Positions 44,471 to 57,905 of a DNA stretch of 64,000 nt are shown in pieces. This DNA comes from Eledone cirrhosa (Eukaryota). Position numbers and translations under genes: made by a program. The notes beneath the pieces are model-generated. The model saw only the letters and a program-made list of their open reading frames with translations. It ran no database searches and was not told the origin of the DNA. Numbering within the stretch: the first letter of the stretch is position 1; every line of letters starts with the position of its first letter. Location: positions 263,376,001 through 263,440,000 of the forward strand of contig OZ024743.1 of NCBI GenBank assembly GCA_964016885.1, given 5' to 3'.

Positions 44471-44719
44471 TTTGTAGGTATGTATATACGTATGTAGAGA
44501 TAGAGGTTAGCCTAATGGTTTAAAATATTCGACCGAAATTCGAGAAATATGGAGTGCAATTTACTGTAGCGGCTGCTGCCCACTCTCGCAGTTTCTAAGG
44601 TGTATTTTACCCGATTATATAAGCTATTATTGACAGCGATCAATATTGTTACAGTTATTTTCACTGTTTAGGATTACCATATTTTCAAAAATTTCAAATC
44701 TCCTGGCGCTTTGATAATA

Positions 44720-44839
<120 letters not shown>

Positions 44840-46612
44840 ACACCACACACACATACACATGGACCCATACGAACGCACACGCACGCACACACATACACGC
44901 ACAGACATATTATGTATGTAAATGTGTTGACCAAACGTTTAGTAGACCGAAAATCTGTAGATAAAGAAAGAAAAATTTTCTGTATAGTTTAGATTTAGGC
45001 GTTGTTTTGTAAGCAATTTTTTTCTTGAATGATTGAAGTCCAAAATACCGGAGAACAGTTTGGGTAGAACATAGAGCAGATTTTTTTTTATTGTATCCGT
45101 CATCACGAATAAAGTAGCCGAGGAACAATTTGGCGTTCGAAATTTATAATTCCGACATTCTATGTTCGGGGTTCACCACTTTAACCGAAATTTGACCAGG
45201 CTGGTAACGTGGATTTTATTTACCACGCACCACAAGCAGGACCTTTTGTCCTCGGAAGAGAGAGGGGAGGGGCTTCAGAATGTTCTGAGGAGGCACACTT
45301 TCACAAAAACTATATATCAGGATGTTCATAGAAAATATAGGAAACCCAAACGCAGAAAATATTTGTCATTACAGTTAGTTTCTACAAACAATAACTTAAA
45401 CAATCTAGTAAAATATCCTTAGAGACGGAATAAGTGGGCAATGGTCGCTACTAGGAATCAAATCTTACATCTTTCAGTCGGTATATGAATCAGTTAGATT
45501 CGTCGTAGGGATCACTGGTCACGTTATTCCTGTCTATAGGGGCATGCTACCAAATTTTCTAATCTATTGTTTATAGCAACTAACTGTGATTACACTTAGT
45601 TATTTTTTGCGCCGGAGTTTCCTCCATTTTCTATGAACTTTAAAACGTCTCAGCGCTTTGAAAGTCCGATAATTTGCATACAATGTTGTATATATTTCAA
45701 AATTTTGTAAAGTAGGGGGAGAATGCCACCAAGAATCTGCACCTGGCAACGGAGTGGAGTACAAGGAAAACTCTTGGCAAAACCAGTTACATTGTAATTT
45801 AAGGAAAGTAAAAAAAAGTGTTGTTTGATATATGCTGAGTAACAATGAATGAATAACATCATGTTCTGTCCAAAATAATATTTTAATATTTCTGTAATAA
45901 TTGCATTGAAAATGACGTTGTAATATAAAGGTTAAAGAGAGCAAAGAAATTAAATAAATTACAAATCAATAAATTCGACAAGCCGGTCAGTGAATAATAT
46001 GAAAAGTGTCTTTGGTAAAAATTACAGAAAGGAAAATTTCTGTCTGAACGCGATTTGTTATCTCATTAATTTGTGTGTTTGTGTGTGTGTTTGTGTTTGT
46101 GTTTGTGTTTGTATATGTGGGTGTGTGTGTGTGTGTGTGTGTTTGAATGCGTACGTGTACGCGGGCATGTGTGTGTATGGGAGAAAGAGAGAGAAGGTGA
46201 GAGCTAGAGAGAAAGAGAGATATAAAATGATAGAGTGAAGCCAATCTTGGACAGACGAATAGAAGTTAGTTCTACCTTACCATTGTGATGTAGTAGATCG
46301 AATGCGACAGTGAAAGCTGACTGGCCAGTCTTTTGTATGAAATGAAAACGCCCGCTAGTTTGTTAGATAACGGGAGTTTTGAGCGCTAAATTGTTCATTA
46401 TGAAGGAGCCACATATCAAGAAGGTAAATGTAAGAATTCGCTACACATATGTGCATGTGTATGTATATATGCACACGAAATTAATTGGAAAACACCAAAG
46501 CAAACAATACAGTACAAAAACGATATATATTAGTTTAACGCGTGATATGGTAGGGAAAGAGTATTAACTCTTCGAACGCTAATCTTTCATGAGAAGATAG
46601 TATGAGAAATAA

Positions 46613-46712
46613 AAAAAATATATGTATATAAAAATATATGTATATAAAAATATATGTATATAAAAATATATGTATATAAAAATATATGTATATAAAAATA
46701 TATGTATATATA
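46613..46712. repeat. 16-bp tandem repeat AAAATATATGTATATA, about 6 copies
   Basis: Direct reading. Confidence 0.9.
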
Positions 46713-47122
46713 GGTCTTCTTTCAGGCGGATCGAGTCTGGCTTGGAGGAACACTGCCTCGCCTGCCTCCGCTCCGCTTCACAGCCAAACAGCGGTGCGTG
46801 GCTCAATTCGGTGCCCTTCTCATCAAACGGTACCCTTAAAGATGATGACCGCACTCGCATCGAGTAACCCAACACCTCGGCCTTCCCGTGTGTGAGCCAC
46901 ATAAATGCCTTCCTGGGGCGGTCGTTGACAAGTTCGGCCTGCACCCACTATTTTGCCGCTAGAGTGCAGGCCAGCCCCCCCCCCCCCCCCCCCGACAGGC
47001 TGCTCTCAACGACATATTGAGAAGGAGCCTGGACGCAACTGCCTTCCCATCACAACTGGAGCCAGCAGGCCTTGACCGCGGAGAGAGGGCAAGCGCATCG
47101 ATGGAATTACTCTTTCCCATTC

Positions 47123-47123
<1 letters not shown>
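46713..47123 (+). pseudogene. Fragment of a restriction-like-endonuclease LINE (CRE-like clade)
   Basis: LRSASQPNSGAWLNSVPFSSNGTLKDDD, then LNDILRRSL...LEPAGLDRG/GKRIDGITL, matching the SGAWL.A.P and EP.GL.R.DGKRPDG motifs. Confidence 0.8.
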
Positions 47124-47173
<50 letters not shown>

Positions 47174-47278
47174 TTTTGTGGTACTGTGACCGAGGAGGTC
47201 ACTAATCTTGGGAGTACTCAATGGATGAAGAGATGCAGAGGGGGTATAGATTTTACATATCTCTATCGGTCAGGATTT

Positions 47279-47382
<104 letters not shown>

Positions 47383-47581
47383 TAAGTATGTTTTGAAACA
47401 GCGAGCGAGTTTGAAATTAGAAATAGAAGTATTTTTTACTTAACCAATTTTAGCCTGATAGTGGGGTTTAGTACCCCCGAAGAAATGGAAAAAGATGAGT
47501 ATTGTCATTATACTTGCTAAAAATCTAGCTTCTAATTTGAATGGAAGGAGATGGGATATATATATATATTTATGTATAAAT

Positions 47582-48165
47582 AATAATTGTTTCAACTTTT
47601 GGCACAATGCCAGCAATTATTCCAGTGCATTACTGGTACTTTACTTTATCGACCCCGTAAGGATGAAAGGGAAATTTAACCTCGGCGGGATTTGAACACA
47701 GTAAGTAAAGGGTCGCAAAGCATTGTGCCTGACGCTCTACGGATACTGCCAATCCACGGCTCTTACTCGATACTGCCAATCCACGTATAAATAATAATAA
47801 TTTCTGCTTTTGGCACAAGGCCAGCAATTATCCTAGTGTATTACTGAAACTTTATTTTATCGATGCTGTAAGGATGAAAGGCAAAGATAACCTCGGCGGG
47901 ATTTGAACGCAGTACGTAAAGGGACGTAACAATGCTAGAAAGCATGGCGTCCGACCCTCTACCGATACTGCCAATCCACCGCCACGTATAAATAATAATT
48001 GTTTCTACTTTTGGCACAAGGCCAGCAAATACCCAGTACATTACTGGTACTTTATTTAAGGATGAAAGGCAAAGTTGACCTCGGTGGGATTTGAACTCAA
48101 AATGGAAAGGTCCGTAACTTTATGCGTCAAAGCATGACGCCCGACCCTCTACCGATACTGCCAAA
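47582..48165 (-). mobile_element. Three head-to-tail tRNA-derived SINEs
   Basis: Three successive copies, each reading aataataat...cttttggcacaa on the plus strand with the core and A box. Confidence 0.9.
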
Positions 48166-48941
48166 ATAATAATAACAATAAGACACAACACAATATGTTG
48201 TGTATCGCCTGGTTTCATACTATATTAAACCATATAAAAACGAGGTCTGATTAATACCAATCAGATTAAATATATTATATTATGTTAAAGAACTCGGTCT
48301 GTTTAACATTGTTATTGTTCATAGCCCCATAGAACATACCCGTTGACTACAGATCCAACTGATTTTTAATTAATTTCATGAACATTCTCAATGAATAAAC
48401 AGTAATATATGTATGAATAGACAGATTAATTGATGAAAACAAACTACGAACAGGCAGTCAGAATTACATAGATATTTATGTGGTAAAAGATGTAAGTGGA
48501 TAGACAGAGAAGTGTGATTAGTGTCCTTATTGGTTTAAGCAATTCAGCAGCATCTTTATGGCTTTTAGCCAAGGATATTGTACCAAACAATTTTTGTTTA
48601 TCAGTTCCTCGATCTCTATTTATCAAACGATTGTGTTAATATATTTTCTGAGAAATACATATTTTATTGCTATAAACAACTTTAAAATGTTTACACCGAC
48701 TTATACAGGTGTACAGAAATAAACATTATTCACACTTATACACATGCGCGCTTGTCCACATATACATACATACACGCGCTCGTCCACGTACACATATACA
48801 TACACACACGCGCTCGTCCACTACACATATACATACACACCCACACATATACATACACACATAATTCGATAGTTAATCGATAGACAAGAATATAGATATC
48901 CAAACAAGTTGTTTATTGATAGACAGAGAGATAAATAGATA

Positions 48942-49890
48942 AATTTCTTTATTAGCCACAAGGGCACAGAAGAAGGGGACAAATACAAATGGGGAGTTTA
49001 CATACAGGTATATGAAAATAAAACTATTAATAAAATAACAAATAACAATTGAAATCCCTAATAGAGGGGAGGCGTTACACAGGGGTTGTATACACCCCGA
49101 AAAAATGTACAACCCTCATCTCCAGCAGCACCAAAAGTGAGTACTCCCTTCCTCTCTTCCTCTTTTTCCTCAACCTACAGGCTTATATAGAGAGAAGGCC
49201 CAACCACTCAGGTCATCTTTGCCACATTCACACACCTTTTATAAAATTTGCTGGGGTACAGCACCTCTCTCTCCATCCTGATTCTTTCTCCAAAATGATA
49301 TTTGAAAAAACAAATCAGTTGCTCGCCGGAGAGAAAGGTGTCTGACCTCAACCCTTTTAACCTCGTCCACCATATAACCTCTTTCACCATGGCCATAACA
49401 CATAGCAAAACCGCCTCTCCCTCGTTTTTGAAGGAGGGTGGTGGTTTGATCATGACAATGGACTCGGTGGTCAACTGGATTGGTCCCACTCGCGACAATA
49501 GTCGTTCTACATAGCCCCACAGGTCGGTAACGCCCGGGTAGTGTACAAATGCGTGCGCGACGATTTCCTCGTCGCGCACGCATCTCGGACAGATCTTTTT
49601 CGAAGAGTCCCTACTCGGGCGCCCGTGTCTGTAGAGCTTGTCTCGAACAGGTAGAGCTGCTCGGTAGCACTGCCAGGCCAGAGACTTTTGGAAGTTGTCC
49701 ATTGGTTCCGGGTGGAAGGTCCTACCGAACAGACTGGCCAGTTCGTCCTTCTCTACGCCTAGAGTTTCTCCGAGCACGTCGTCGCACTTGCTGCGGATCA
49801 ACCCTCTATATAATGTCGAAGTGGAGTCTCCACTGATCGCCGGGTCCGTTTGCCAGAGGACTGTGAGCGCCTGAGCACATTCGATGTGCC
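48942..49890 (-). pseudogene. 5'-truncated L1/Tx1-clade LINE copy
   Basis: ORF 49208-49801 is homologous to the C-terminus of 50125-51276; bounded by agagagataaatagata on both sides. Confidence 0.92.
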
Positions 49891-50124
49891 AGAGAGATAA
49901 ATAGATATATTTCTTTATTTACCATAAAGGCATAAAAAGAAGGGACAAATACAAAGGGGGAGTTTACATACAATCGAGTAAAAAGGGTATAAAATGAAAA
50001 TAATCGAAAATAACCTCAAAAGGGAGGGGACGTGATGGGGGTTGCACACACCCCCGAAAAAGTGTGCAATCCTTTGCCCGGGGAGCACATGGAGAAGGTG
50101 CTCCCCTCTCCTTTACTTCTTTAC

Positions 50125-53100
50125 CTACAGGATGGTATACAGAGAAGGCCCATTTACACGAGCCATTCTCGCCACTATCACCCACCTTTCATAAAACTGC
50201 CTGTGGCCAAGCACCTCTCTCTCCATTCTTATCCTTCTTCCGAAGTGATATCGGAAGAAGTAGACCAGGCTATGGCCAGAGAGGCAGTTGCCTGACCTCA
50301 GACCTTTCAATCGTGTCCACCAAACAACCTCTTTCAACATGGCTATTACGCACAGAAAAACCGCCTTTGCTTCCTTTGTGAAGAGGGGAGGCGGTTTGAT
50401 TGTCATCACGGACTCGGCGGTCAACTGAATCGGCGCCACCCGCGACAGCAGTCGTTCGGCGTAGCCCCACAGATCAGCCACGCCCGGACATTGCACCAAT
50501 GCGTGCGCAACGGTTTCTTCGTGACGCACGCATCTAGGGCAAATCTTTTTTGAGGGATCCCTGCCCGGGCGCCCGTGTCTGTAGAGCCTCTCTCGTACGG
50601 GTAGAGCCCCTCGGTAGCACTGCCAGGCCAGTGACTTCTGGAAGTTGTCCATTGGTCCTGGGCCGAAAGTCCTACCGAACAGGCTGGCCAGTTCATCTTC
50701 TTCCATGTCCAGCGACTCTCCAAGGGTGTCATCGCCCCTGCTAGCCACCAGCCCTCTATAGAATGATGAGGTGGATTCTCCACCGATGGCCTCGCCCGCT
50801 TGCCAGAGAGCCCTGAGCGCCTGAGCACACTCAGTGTGCCAGTCTCCCAGTTTTCCGGATCTTTGCTTGACCCAGGACTGTAGCTCGGTGAGCGAGACGA
50901 GTCTCGGAAAGGCTCGTTTCACGAACGGAGCCCACACCGGTTGACCAGTGAGGAATACCTGTAGGTGCCGTAGCCTTAATGCGTGCCTACGCATCATGAA
51001 CCACGGCATCCCCAGCCCTCCTTTCGAAGGTTGTTGGCAGCAGATGGATCTTCTCACCATAGGAGGGCGTTTCTTCCAAAGAAATTGGAAGAGCACGCGT
51101 TCCATGGTGGTGAGTGTTTCCTTAGGGCAAGGCACGACAGTCAGGCGGTAGTAAGTGACGGACGCTATGTAAATGTTTGCCACCTCCGCCCGGCCTTTTA
51201 GGGACAGCTTACACTTGGCCCATTTCTGGGTTAGTGCAAACACCTTGTTCGTAACCTCGTTCCAGTTCTTTTCCACCTAGAGGTCCGGTACAAACCAGAC
51301 CCCAAGCAACTTTACCGGGCCCTCCGTCCAGTGTCCGACGACACCGTCGGGAGGCATCGGTCTGCCTCTCCACGTTCCGAGTTGCAGCCCGATGGATTTT
51401 TCCCGGTTCAGTTTTGCTCCTGACAACCTTTCGTAATCCTCCAGTAAGGTACCGATCGCCTCGATCTCCGAGTCGGTCGATGCCATTACTGTTACGTCAT
51501 CGGCGTAGGCCGACACCGCTTTGCTCAATCCTGGTTCCAGGGGGATACCCTGCAACAACTCCAACTTCCTCAGTAAAGGCTCCAGAGTCAATACGTACAG
51601 AAGGGAGGAGAGAGGGCACCCCTGTCGAATGGATCGTGTGATTTCGAACGGCTTCGAAAGGTAGCCGTTCACCTTGATCCTAGAACAGATGTGGTTGCTA
51701 TGTAAGGCAGTGATCCAGCCTCTGAAAACAGGACCGAACCCAGCCGCCGCTAGCACCGCATCCAGGTAACCATGGTCGACCCTATCGAAGGCCTTAGACT
51801 GATCCAAGTTGATCAGGGCCCCACCGAAGCCGGGTTTGTTGCCAACACTCTCTATGATGTATCGCATGAGGTGGAGGTTATCGTGAATGGACCTGGATGG
51901 GATAGCACATGTCTGCGCATCTCCCACCAGGCCACCCACGACAAGCGCCAACCTCTTTGCTAACACCTTGGCCAAAACCTTTAACTCTGTGTTTAGCAGG
52001 GTTATGGGCCGAAAATTATTTATACTATCTCCCTTGTTCTCGTCCTTCCTCACCAGCGTGACTACGCCCTTGGCTACAGAACAAGGAATTCTCCCGTTCT
52101 GCTGCCAATTGAAGTAGACCGCTTCGAGGAGTTCGGAGAAGAAGACCGGCATTGCTAAATAAAGTTCGTAAGGTATACCATCGAGACCTGGAGATTTGCG
52201 TCTGCTGCATTGGCTCAGCGCATCTTCGAATGACGCAGCCTTCGTGCTTTGCATCGAAAAACTGGTTCAAGGCCGTCCTCGATGCCAGCACTCTGGCCAC
52301 ATCTTCGCTCTTGATTGCCTCTTCTAATTTACCTGTTAATTCTTTCTCGTTTCTATTCCTATCGGCAGCTAACATCTTGCTATAACTTATTGATTCTGTT
52401 TTAATCTCTCTTTTGAGAGATGCCCACCATCGGTTGTTGACGATTGCACCCGTAAACCTCTCCTTAACTAATCTGCTAATCCGGTTTCTGTAAGTCTCTT
52501 TTGCCGGTAAAGACAAATTAAGTTTCCAGTAACCGGGACCCTGTTTATGTGTTTTCTCGAGATTAACTACGCAGGTCACTAATTTGTGATCCGTGTAGCC
52601 AACCGTGCGCATTTCTGGACAGCTTAATATGTCCCTATCCTTACTTCTAACTAAGAATCTATCTAAGTACGATCTAGATTGACCACTGTGGTTTCTCCAA
52701 GTCCAGGTAGGCACAGTTGGAACATCTAGTCGATATCTATCGACCAAGTTAAAACGGTCGAGTAACCCCTTGAGGCTGTTACACCCCCCTCTATTAGGAA
52801 ATGCTCCTACATAGTCCCAACGTGCATCTAGGATGTCATTCCAATCCCCCGCTAGAAGCAGGGAATGCGACGTTCCCAGAAAAGTCTCTAAACGCTGGAA
52901 GAAGTCGGGCCGTTCAGCTCCGAAAGGGGAGTAGACGGCGACCAGTCTTAAGGCTGCACCTTCACTACTGCCAACGTCTAGCACCAACAAACGACCCTCC
53001 GGGTCCGAGTGCACAACCTGTACGGCAAGACCCAGGTGTTTTTGCAGCAGTACGACAACCCCACCCTCACCCCCAGGTTGACAGAGAGATGCATGCACCT

Positions 53101-53235
53101 CAAAGTCATCGAAGGTAGGGGCCAGCTGCCGCACGACGCTGATCCGAGTCTCACAGATAACCATTATATTTATACCACATGACCTGAGGTCATTTAGAAG
53201 CTTTGCTTGCTTCCAAGTCGAGCCCAGGCCCGAAT
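50125..53235 (-). pseudogene. ORF2 (APE-RT-zinc finger) with a deletion/frameshift near 52225 and an in-frame TAG at 51277-51279
   Basis: HEGCVIR jumps directly to EDALSQCSRRKSPG in another frame; PDL*VEKNW shows the stop. Confidence 0.92.
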
Positions 53236-54392
53236 TCGTTGGGTTATCTTCAGTGTTGGAGGGAAGAGGTATGTTTGCTGGTAATGTTTCCGTCTTGGTT
53301 TTCTTTGTGGGGGAGATGGATGTCACTATGTTAGACTGTGTTGTGTGTTGTGTCTGCGGTGGTTGTGTTGTTTTATTGAGTGAGGGGTTGGGTGGGCCTA
53401 TATTTTGTTTTGGGGTAATGTGTTGTGACTGTTTGTGTTTTGGTGGTGGTGTAGTTTTACTGAGGGACGGGTTGGGTGGGACTGAGTTTTGTTGTTTGTT
53501 TATCTGTTGTGGTGGTGGTGGTGGAGCTGGTGTTGGTAGCAGGGTTTTCTTTTTGTTGAGTTGGAGACAAGCGGCCTTCAGGTGCCCTCTGCCTGCACAG
53601 ATATGACAGGATGGCCTTCTCCCCTCCACGCTAATGTTTATATACCCGTGGCCCTCTAATAAGATTCTGTCGGGTATTTGAGCGATGCGTTCAGGCTTCA
53701 TTTGCACTACCAGCTCTATACCTGTTCCACTGAACGCATTGCCTGTGGTTTTCTCAATGGAAATCCCGTTGTCATTCACTGGATCGATGAAGCCAGCTAT
53801 GAGCCAGCAGTAGTCCACATCTGGCATCATTGCATCCAGCCATATGCGTTGAGTTCTTTTACCCATATAAGATGGATAAAAGGTAAAATTTTTCAAACGA
53901 ATCGGTGACAAAGCACACTTTTTTGCCGCCGATTCGTTCTTCATGATAATTGCTAGGCTTCCATACAGTCTGTCTTTTCTTATGAAAGTGGTTTCATTAA
54001 GTACTTCTGTGAGTACTGTTTTGATATCTGCTTGAGAAGGCTGTTCAGGTTTTTTTGAAGTGTTGTTGATGGTGCGGAACACGACCGTTCGGCTTTCAAT
54101 GTCTTTGGTGAGTTCTTGAGGCATTTTAACCGATAAAATACCATTCTCTCCTTCACTTATGTATTGTTTGGCGTCTGTGATTCTTCGTGCCACATCTGAA
54201 ATATTTTCGGGTATATATGTCAAAGATTTCTTTGTTTTTTGTGCAATGAAATCTTGTTGACTCTGTCGTCTGCTTTGCTTTCTGTTATGTTGTTTTCAAA
54301 TGTTATTTTTGTGTTTGTTGTGTCTTTGTTTGTGGTATTAATATTGTCATGCAACTTTTCAAATTTGTTTTTTTCGTTGTTAGAATCCATGT
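53236..54392 (-). pseudogene. ORF1 (gag-like nucleic-acid-binding protein), frameshifted near 54220
   Basis: CX2CX4HX4C knuckle followed by a P/Q/T-rich tail; located upstream of the APE domain. Confidence 0.75.
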
Positions 54393-54925
54393 CCAGATTT
54401 GTGTTTTCGTCATTTTTCTCCGCAGATTCGTCTGTTTTTATTTTGTTTTTTCCTTCCTTCTCCATGACGTTGGTTGGGAAGGAAGGGGGGACTAAAGCGT
54501 GCGAGCTTACAACTCTTACCGCTGTCCCCCCACCACTGTTTTCGTTCGCTTCGTTTAACATTTCTGTCAGACGATTGAAAAAAACATTTTTTTTTTTTGC
54601 CACAAAATTAAAAAAAACAGGTTTTTCACCTCTAGGAGGGGTAAAAATGAGCTGACCCATCTTCTGACAGTTCAGACGGGGGGTCAAGCTACACAATAGT
54701 ATCAAAATTAAATTTGAACTCACAAAATTTCCGCAATAAATTTGAACAAAACTTCTGCGCGAAGTGAATTACATCCACACTGTAGAACAGACGACAGCTG
54801 GATTTCCCCTAGAGAGATAAATAGATAGACAGATTAATAGACAAGCAGGTTGATAGATAGCGAGATGCATAAGTGTGTATGTCTGTGTTTGGGGTAGTTA
54901 TACACAAGCATAAATAAATAGATAA

Positions 54926-54961
<36 letters not shown>

Positions 54962-55073
54962 ATGCATATATATATATATATATATATACACATAAAAAAG
55001 AAGATGTGATAAGATACCTGGTTGACCATAACGCACCCGAGTACTCGATAATTAGGGTGGGAGAGGGGGTAAG

Positions 55074-55191
55074 GGAAAAGAGACACGGCCCCGACTGCTG
55101 AGCTACTGCCGTTTCGACAGCTAGATCCGAACAGTTCGGATCTAGCTGTCGAAACGGCCGAAGCTCACCGTCGAGGCCCTATCTCTTTTCC
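55074..55191. repeat. Fold-back palindrome centred at 55133, each arm with an HHR 3' half
   Basis: 25-bp perfect core gccgtttcgacagctagatccgaac-a-gttcggatctagctgtcgaaacggc. Arms read GAAA-CGGCCG-aA-gctc and GAAA-CGGCAG-TA-gctc. Confidence 0.9.
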
Positions 55192-55215
<24 letters not shown>

Positions 55216-55222
<7 letters not shown>

Positions 55223-55507
55223 AAAAAGGGATGAAATCGAAAATGCAACTGAAGTCTTATTTTTTTTTTAAAAATATATATATTTATTTGGTTCCTTTAC
55301 CGGTTTCGCAGTTCTTCTGCTTTTCAAAAGGTGAGTTGAGATGGAGGGTCTGTGGTTTTTCTCAAAACCACAGACCCTCCATCTCAACTCACCTTTTGAA
55401 AAGCAGAAGAACTGCGAAACCGGTAAAGGAACCAAATAAATATATATATTTTTAAAAAAAAAATAAGACTTCAGTTGCATTTTCGATTTCATCCCTTTTT
55501 CTTTATA
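55216..55507. repeat. Perfect 144-bp-arm palindrome (4-nt loop), each arm with an HHR 3' half
   Basis: 55216-55359 is the reverse complement of 55364-55507; GAAA-CCGG-TA at 55416-55425; flanked by (TA)n, with a ~60-nt unpaired tail on the right. Confidence 0.95.
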
Positions 55508-55562
55508 CTTCCACTCGTGTAGGACACCTCGGTTATTTTTCATTTTGTAAAAAAAACCTCAC

Positions 55563-55613
<51 letters not shown>

Positions 55614-55694
55614 CCCCCCCCCCCACTCTCAAGAGCGTGAACCTAATATAATTTTATTTGTACTGCCTCTCTGTTTTTGTTCCCGTTCAAGTTT

Positions 55695-55776
<82 letters not shown>

Positions 55777-55842
55777 CAAATGTCCATTCCTTTCAAATCA
55801 TTAGGAAAATACAATATACTTACATACATATATATATATATA

Positions 55843-55884
<42 letters not shown>

Positions 55885-57031
55885 TGTAATATTATACATA
55901 CACACACACGTATATATATATATATATATATATTTATAATATGATATATTCTGTATAGGTTATTTGTTTTTCGATATTGAACAAAATAAGGCGGTGGGTT
56001 AGGTTCTGGGGAAAGGTAACGGTATGGAAGATGTATTGAGAGAGACTAAAAGTTCAATAAACATGTTTAACTGTTGACACCGTATCATCGTGTAAGCTTT
56101 ATTCCTAGTGACGTCAATACACCGGAAAAAAAGCCCACGCCGTTTTTAACATCTCAAGCGTCCAGTTCATAAAACATCAATCAATTGTAATTTGTGCGTG
56201 GTTTACGCCTAGGCCTGTTTGCGAATGTATACGTACATATGTGTATACTTTTAGAAGTATGCAGGTATGTTTGTGTATTTATTTATGTTTTTCTCACTGC
56301 TTATTCATCACTATCGTTATATGTTACGCCATATACTGAATTACATACACGCACACATATACATACAGATATGCGTCTCTCTTTAGGCGTCTTTGTGTAT
56401 GTATATGTATGTATTCGGAAAAATAAATTTCCATTTATTTCGCTAGACGATAATACTCGGAACGGGTGACACGCCGTTGGGCCCCGGGCTGGCCGGGGGT
56501 CCGCAACGTCGCTGGTTATTGACCGCTAAGCATTGACTTAATCTTTTCTCTATATCCTACCCTGAAACTTCATCGTGACTATCTATAATACACTTAAACT
56601 TTTTCATAAAAGCCTCCGTCTGTAAATTCTTTAACTAAATTTCAGAACTTTAAACCTAAATATAAATTTAACGTTTCTAATTGTTAATCGTAATTTTTGT
56701 CCATACATTATACCATGCAGACGCCCACTATATATTACGATATATAGCTTTGTTAAAGATATATGTTCTTTGATAAAATATTTTTCGCGGCACTTTCTAG
56801 CACGCATGAGCTACTTGATTGTAACCTTCTCAACGCTGGCCCTGTCTTTGACGGGTTGGTAGTAGTACAATATAAGCCTACGCCCCTCACCAGATGGTCA
56901 TAAGTAGGCTTAATAATCACCACTTGAGGGCGGCCGACCGGGGTAGAAGCTGCTAAATGTTCGGTCGTCCTCATGTCTCTGATTTTCAGCCCCATGGATT
57001 TTCTCTATTATATTCCTTTGTTATATTTCGA

Positions 57032-57089
57032 ATACCTGATGATGTCACCGGATTCATACTGAACCCAGTCATTGAAATGATCATAGTAT
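57032..57089 (+). ncRNA. Hammerhead ribozyme motif at the end of a hairpin-rich element (~56750-57140) abutting (TA)n
   Basis: atac-CTGATGA-(imperfect long stem II ...ggattca tac tgaaccc...)-GAAA-TGATCA-TA-gtat. Palindromic ATGATCAT stem III. Confidence 0.75.
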
Positions 57090-57136
57090 GATAAACCTTT
57101 TAAGCAATTACACCAGTCCAGCCTCCTGTTATTTTG

Positions 57137-57230
<94 letters not shown>

Positions 57231-57232
<2 letters not shown>

Positions 57233-57865
57233 TTTTTGAATTTGTTTAGCAAGATTCTTTATCTGAAAACGTGTGTTGAGACCGATATTGTTATGCTTTG
57301 GGAGGGTCATGTTGCCAATAAGAAACACACGCACCAATCGCTTTCACTCCAATTTATTATAAATTAAATTTATAAATTTAAGAATTTATAAATTTTCGGT
57401 TGTTTGGTTGGTTCCACAACCGGACGGTTGTTCATATATTGAAAAAGTTCTTTCGTCACACATTCTGTGACCTCTTCAGTGATTGGGGATTCTTTTCTTT
57501 GTTTTTGTGCCTCTACTTTGTTCTGTCCTACGCCATCTTGTTTTTGTGTGTGTTGTGTGCTTAGTTTGCGCATGTGTTACATCCGGGTGTCTGTGTGTGT
57601 TTATATTTGTTTATTTATTTGTTTATTTACATGTTACTGGCTGGTTGTTTGTTCTATGTGTGTGTGTGTGTTTTCATTTTGTCCTTAATTGTAAGTTGTG
57701 ATGTTGCTATTCCATTCATGTTTTCTATTTAATTTTGGTTGGAGTTCATTTATGTTTATTGCCTCTGTGATTTGTCTAAACATTGCGTCTTTTCTGTGTG
57801 TAGATTCTATTTTTATTACTATGTTCTCTAATTTACGCTTATGTTCTATTTTAGCATGTTGGTGG

Positions 57866-57870
<5 letters not shown>
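57231..57870 (-). mobile_element. Penelope-like element 3' end: GIY-YIG C-terminus, HHR-like motif, AATAAA and tail, within (TA)n
   Basis: KLHQHAKIEH...ESTHRKDAMFRQITEAININELQPKLNRKHEW; minus-strand CTGAAGA-g-GTCACA gaatg TGTGAC-GAAA at 57451-57479, with poor stems I and III. Confidence 0.8.

Positions 57871-57900
<30 letters not shown>

Positions 57901-57905
<5 letters not shown>

Larger units (their letters stand above)
49908..54810 (-). mobile_element. Near full-length L1/Tx1-clade non-LTR retrotransposon, disabled
   Basis: ORF1 with zinc knuckle CHICAGRGHLKAAC; APE endonuclease (ICETR, GDWN, LDRFLV, TDH); RT (KSPGLDG, QGCPLS, AYADD); C-terminal CPRC...HALVQC; 17-bp TSD. Confidence 0.96.
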
